This document shows positions 48,739-53,701 of a stretch of 53,701 nt of DNA, one piece after another (position 1 is the stretch's first letter; the number at the start of each line of letters is the position of its first letter). The stretch is from a bacterium. Its GTDB lineage: Bacteria > CLD3 > SB21. Both the position numbers and the translations under genes were made by a program. The DNA lies in contig JABWBZ010000001.1 in the NCBI GenBank assembly GCA_013359335.1, positions 1 to 53,701 of the forward strand, in the 5' to 3' direction. The notes under the pieces were generated by a model. It had not been told where the DNA came from and searched no databases. It saw only the letters and a program-made list of their open reading frames with translations.

Positions 48739-49776
48739 TTATTCGTTAAAAAAGATTTCATCGACGCCGGCGTGGCGCACAATTTCATCGGCAATACGGT
48801 CCAGCGGCAGCACCCATTCGGCGGCATCGAGATCGATGGCCGCTTTGGGCATGCCAAAAATTAATGAAGTGGCTTCGTTTTGCGCGATCGTTTTGCCGCC
48901 GGCGTTGCGGATTTCTTTCAGCCCGTCGGCGCCATCACGGCCCATACCGGTTAAAATGACGCCGATGGAATTGGCGCCCGCGCATCGCGCCATCGATTCA
49001 AACAAAATATTGCCGGAAGGTTTCTGTCCGTTCGACGGCTCGGTGTCGCTCAGATCAATCGTAAACTCACGTGTGATGGCCAGATGCTTTCCGGAATCGG
49101 CGACATAGACGGCGCCTTTTTCGACGGGTTCATCCGCTTCGGCAATTTTGACTTTCAGCGGCGATACGTCCTGCAGCCATTCCACCAAACCGAACGTAAA
49201 GCCTTCCGAAATGTGCTGGACGACCAGAATCGGCGCGGAAAGATTTTTGGGCAGCCGGCCGAATATCGTCGCCAGCGCGCGCGGACCGCCGGTGGAACAA
49301 ACGATGCCGATGATTTTTTGCAAAACCGGTTTGCGGCCCGGCGTTTTTTTTCTCGGCGTCCGTCCCGAAATGTGCGTGACCACTTTGACGCGGGCGATCA
49401 ATTTAATCTTGCGCGTGAATTCTTCGTATTTTTTTGACGTATAACTTTCTTCGAGTTCCGGCTTTTCCAAAACCTCGAGCGCGCCGACGGAAAGGGATTG
49501 AAAAGCGATGTTGGCGTCGGTGCTGGACGTGATGACGAGAATAGGAGTCGGGCGATAAGCCATGATATGCCGGATTGCATCCAGTCCATTCATCACCGGC
49601 ATATTGATATCGAGCGTGATCACGTCAGGGCGCAACGTCTCCGCCATCTGAATGACTTCGCGGCCGTTGCGCGCTTTGCCGACAACTTCGATGTCCGGAT
49701 CGGAGCACAAAATCGTGTCGATAATATCCAGCGCCGTCGGGGAATCGTCGGCGATTAATACACGAACTTTGCCCAT
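48739..49776 (-). CDS. cheB: Protein-glutamate methylesterase CheB (REC + esterase)
   Basis: 345-aa ORF with a REC domain (VLIADDS...ITLDINMP). The esterase motifs are GIVCSTGGPRAL, VVQHIS and GMGRDGA. Confidence 0.92.
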   Translation of the reverse strand: MGKVRVLIADDSPTALDIIDTILCSDPDIEVVGKARNGREVIQMAETLRPDVITLDINMPVMNGLDAIRHIMAYRPTPILVITSSTDANIAFQSLSVGALEVLEKPELEESYTSKKYEEFTRKIKLIARVKVVTHISGRTPRKKTPGRKPVLQKIIGIVCSTGGPRALATIFGRLPKNLSAPILVVQHISEGFTFGLVEWLQDVSPLKVKIAEADEPVEKGAVYVADSGKHLAITREFTIDLSDTEPSNGQKPSGNILFESMARCAGANSIGVILTGMGRDGADGLKEIRNAGGKTIAQNEATSLIFGMPKAAIDLDAAEWVLPLDRIADEIVRHAGVDEIFFNE

Positions 49777-49798
49777 GGCTGAATCTTTTCAGTGAATA

Positions 49799-51580
<1,782 letters not shown>

Positions 51581-51582
51581 GA

Positions 51583-51849
51583 TTATTCTTCGTTGAATTT
51601 ACTTTCGAATAAGGCGATTAGCGCATTCATCGCTTCCTCTTCGTCGGAACCTTCGATTTTGATTTTGACCGCGCTGCCCATAGCCGCCGCCAGCATCATG
51701 ACGCTCATAATACTTTTGGCGTTGACTTCCGTGCCATCGCAGGAGAAAAAAACGTCGGAGTCAAATTTACTGGCCGTTTTGACCAATAGCGCGGCCGGCC
51801 GTGCATGAATGCCGGCTTTATTGGAAACAATAATTTCTCGTTCGATCAT
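51583..51849 (-). CDS. ptsH: Phosphocarrier protein HPr
   Basis: 88-aa ORF. His15 lies in GIHARPA and Ser46 in NAKSIMSVM, so both phosphorylation sites are conserved. Confidence 0.9.
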   Translation of the reverse strand: MIEREIIVSNKAGIHARPAALLVKTASKFDSDVFFSCDGTEVNAKSIMSVMMLAAAMGSAVKIKIEGSDEEEAMNALIALFESKFNEE

Positions 51850-51867
51850 CCTTGTAAATTTTTTTTC

Positions 51868-52860
51868 TCAATACGACCGGTGCCAAGCCTGATGCGTGAT
51901 TTCCAGCAGGCGGTTTTTGGCCGGCGTATTCTTAAATCCGTTTAAGTTTTTCAATGCCGATTTAAAATGGCTGTCGATTCGTCGTTGCGTTTGCTTCCGG
52001 ATTCCGCTGCTGTCCAAGAAATCGATAAATTCCGTCAACAATTGCCGGTGCCGCGTTTCAGGATGCTCAGGACTGAAAGTATCGAGTAACCCGCGGCCTT
52101 GTTCGCTTCTCGATGCAAGGATCGATAGGTATGTTTTTTTCTTTTCGATCAAATCACTGCCGATGTTTTTCCCGAAAGTATTTTCATCGGAAATAATATC
52201 GAGCAGATCGTCCTGAATCTGAAAAGCCAATCCGAAATGAAGACCGAAATCGCGAAGCGCTTTTTCCTGCTTAGGTGAAACGCCGCCAATGATACCGCCG
52301 ATCCGGGTGGCCGCGCCGAATAAAACGGCGGTCTTTTGACGTATCATATTCATATAATCTTTTTCGCTCACGGTTGTCTGGGTTTCGAATTCTTTATCAA
52401 GCGCCTGACCCTCACATAATTCGATGAACCCGTCCGCAAAAATATTCGAAACATAAGGCAACACATCCTTGGGACACTGGCTCAAGGCTTTGTAAGCCGC
52501 CGCGGCGAGAAAATCGCCCGATAAAATAGCGATATTCGGATTCCATTTTTTGTGAATCGTTTCCCGACCCCGCCGCATATCATCGTTATCCATGATATCG
52601 TCGTGGATCAGCGAAAAATTATGTAGAATCTCCACGGCCGCCGCCGCGTGAAGAGCATGACGATAATTCCGTCCGTTTAAAGTGCTGCACAAAACCAGCA
52701 TCACGGCGCGCAACCTTTTGCCACCGCCTTGAAATAAATACTGAGGCGGTTCATATAGCGTGATGGGCTTTTTTTTTCGAATATATGAAGCGCAAGTCTT
52801 CCGCCAAGAGAATAACCCACCAAGATTTTCTTTTTTGCAAATGTGTTTAAAGAAATCCAA
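51868..52860 (-). CDS. Short-chain polyprenyl (geranylgeranyl/farnesyl) diphosphate synthase; the N-terminus is apparently truncated or chimeric
   Basis: The motifs are LYEPPQYLFQGGGKRLR, FARM LIHDDIMDNDD and SARM FQIQDDLLD. Family-like sequence begins only at about 52768. The 32 codons upstream, from a TTG start at 52860, are an out-of-frame reading of the menH fragment. Confidence 0.7.
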   Translation of the reverse strand: MDFFKHICKKENLGGLFSWRKTCASYIRKKKPITLYEPPQYLFQGGGKRLRAVMLVLCSTLNGRNYRHALHAAAAVEILHNFSLIHDDIMDNDDMRRGRETIHKKWNPNIAILSGDFLAAAAYKALSQCPKDVLPYVSNIFADGFIELCEGQALDKEFETQTTVSEKDYMNMIRQKTAVLFGAATRIGGIIGGVSPKQEKALRDFGLHFGLAFQIQDDLLDIISDENTFGKNIGSDLIEKKKTYLSILASRSEQGRGLLDTFSPEHPETRHRQLLTEFIDFLDSSGIRKQTQRRIDSHFKSALKNLNGFKNTPAKNRLLEITHQAWHRSY

Positions 52861-53054
52861 CTTAAAAATTCATTGCCAACTTTTTCGAAGGAACACTTAG
52901 GGCAAAGATTAGGTGTGTTAAAATAATCAGGACAGTAAAAATTAACTTTAAATTTTTTCTCATCAAAATCTATTTTGATGTCTTCGATAATGTGATTCCA
53001 ATCCGAAGGTAAACCTAAAAAACCATGTAAGAAAATAAAATCAATCTCTGTCAT
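52701..53054 (-). pseudogene. menH: 3'-truncated alpha/beta-hydrolase, menH-like (SHCHC synthase) fragment
   Basis: It carries the FIFLHGFLG..DW oxyanion region and the nucleophile elbow GYSLGG. Homology ends about 10 residues later, at the T9 run (52769-52777). The Asp/His half of the fold is missing. The reading frame then runs on into the neighbouring gene. Confidence 0.55.
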
Positions 53055-53701
53055 CCTTGTCCCACCCTTCCCAAAACAATTGAGTTTGTTGTTCCTGGGG
53101 AACCAACTCTATAATTGTTCTACCAGAAAGAGTATTTTTCAAGGGAATATCAGACCATTTTTCATACTTCCAGGACCACATCTTAGCCCAATGGGAAAAT
53201 TCTATTTCATGTCGATTTAAAAAATATTCACTTTTAAAGATTCTGTTAAAGATCATACCACCAGAATTATTCAGAACGACTAAAAAAATATGTTCAGGAA
53301 GAATTTGTTTTGAAATCCACAGTGAAGGCAAATCATATAAAACTGTCAAATCACCGATCAAGGCCCAATTATTTTTGCCTTCAAGACAAGTTCCTAAAAA
53401 AGTAGAGACTTGCCCATCTATCCCATTGGCACCTCGATTTGCCATGACCGATAAATTTTCTACCTGTGGCGAAATAGCTAAGTCCCATTCTCTGATGGGC
53501 ATACTATTGCCCAAATAAAGTGGCTGTTGATGAGTTAATTTAGATAACTTACGAACCAGTGCCGGCTCTGACTGCGGATATTTTTCCACCAAAAAATTTA
53601 GCTTTTCAACCTGCTTCCGATCATAAACAAGAAAATCTGACCCGTCTTTGCCACTCATTAAAGGGGGCAAATCCAATAGCGCAGAAATAGGTGAAAGTAA
53701 T
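53041..53701 (-). CDS. menD: SEPHCHC synthase MenD, C-terminal ThDP-binding part; the 5' end lies beyond the right window edge
   Basis: The motifs are GNSMPIREWD, ANRGANGIDGQVSTFLG and IGDLTVLYDL. The reading frame is open to position 53701. The segment is AT-rich. Confidence 0.7.
   Translation of the reverse strand, partial: LLSPISALLDLPPLMSGKDGSDFLVYDRKQVEKLNFLVEKYPQSEPALVRKLSKLTHQQPLYLGNSMPIREWDLAISPQVENLSVMANRGANGIDGQVSTFLGTCLEGKNNWALIGDLTVLYDLPSLWISKQILPEHIFLVVLNNSGGMIFNRIFKSEYFLNRHEIEFSHWAKMWSWKYEKWSDIPLKNTLSGRTIIELVPQEQQTQLFWEGWDKDDRD

Overview
This 53.7-kb window is densely coding and looks like a metagenome-type contig from an uncultivated Gram-negative bacterium. G+C is roughly 45-50% by hand count over most of the window. 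It shows canonical TTGACA-N17-TAnnnT promoters, AGGAG ribosome-binding sites, several lipoprotein signal peptides and a perfect CIRCE operator. I call about 46 CDS and found no rRNA, tRNA, CRISPR array, IS element or prophage. Most genes are housekeeping: groES/groEL, rel, eno, hisS, aroK, hpf, xerC-like, rlmD, rluE-like, dacB, ftsB, hutI, a glycogen debranching enzyme and two polyprenyl synthases. Five regions deserve a second look. (1) On the minus strand, ptsH-ptsI-cheB-cheR(TPR)-cheA(Hpt-Hpt-X-kinase-CheW-REC)-MCP-hisS are packed with gaps of 22 nt or less, and no CheW, stand-alone CheY or output gene is present in the run. The CheA linker carries a tandem RLGxxLVxxGLL/PLGxxLIxxGYL motif pair that resembles the c-di-GMP-binding MshEN (T2SSE_N) module. 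(2) At 12.7-18.5 kb there is a putative glycosyl-glycerate compatible-solute island: an MpgP-family phosphatase, two divergent GpgS/MGS-like GT-A glycosyltransferases, a TM-helix channel-like protein and a Na+/solute symporter. (3) A Met/Lys/Ala-rich lipoprotein has a long, repeat-bearing leader. (4) A Ser/Thr kinase and an orphan sigma54 activator are interleaved with rRNA-modification genes. (5) At about 52.77-52.80 kb there is an abrupt compositional break, from about 47% to about 30% G+C. There a 5'-truncated polyprenyl synthase abuts a 3'-truncated menH fragment and a partial menD, which suggests an assembly chimera or a recombination scar. All calls come from reading the ORF translations and the DNA by eye, with no database search.
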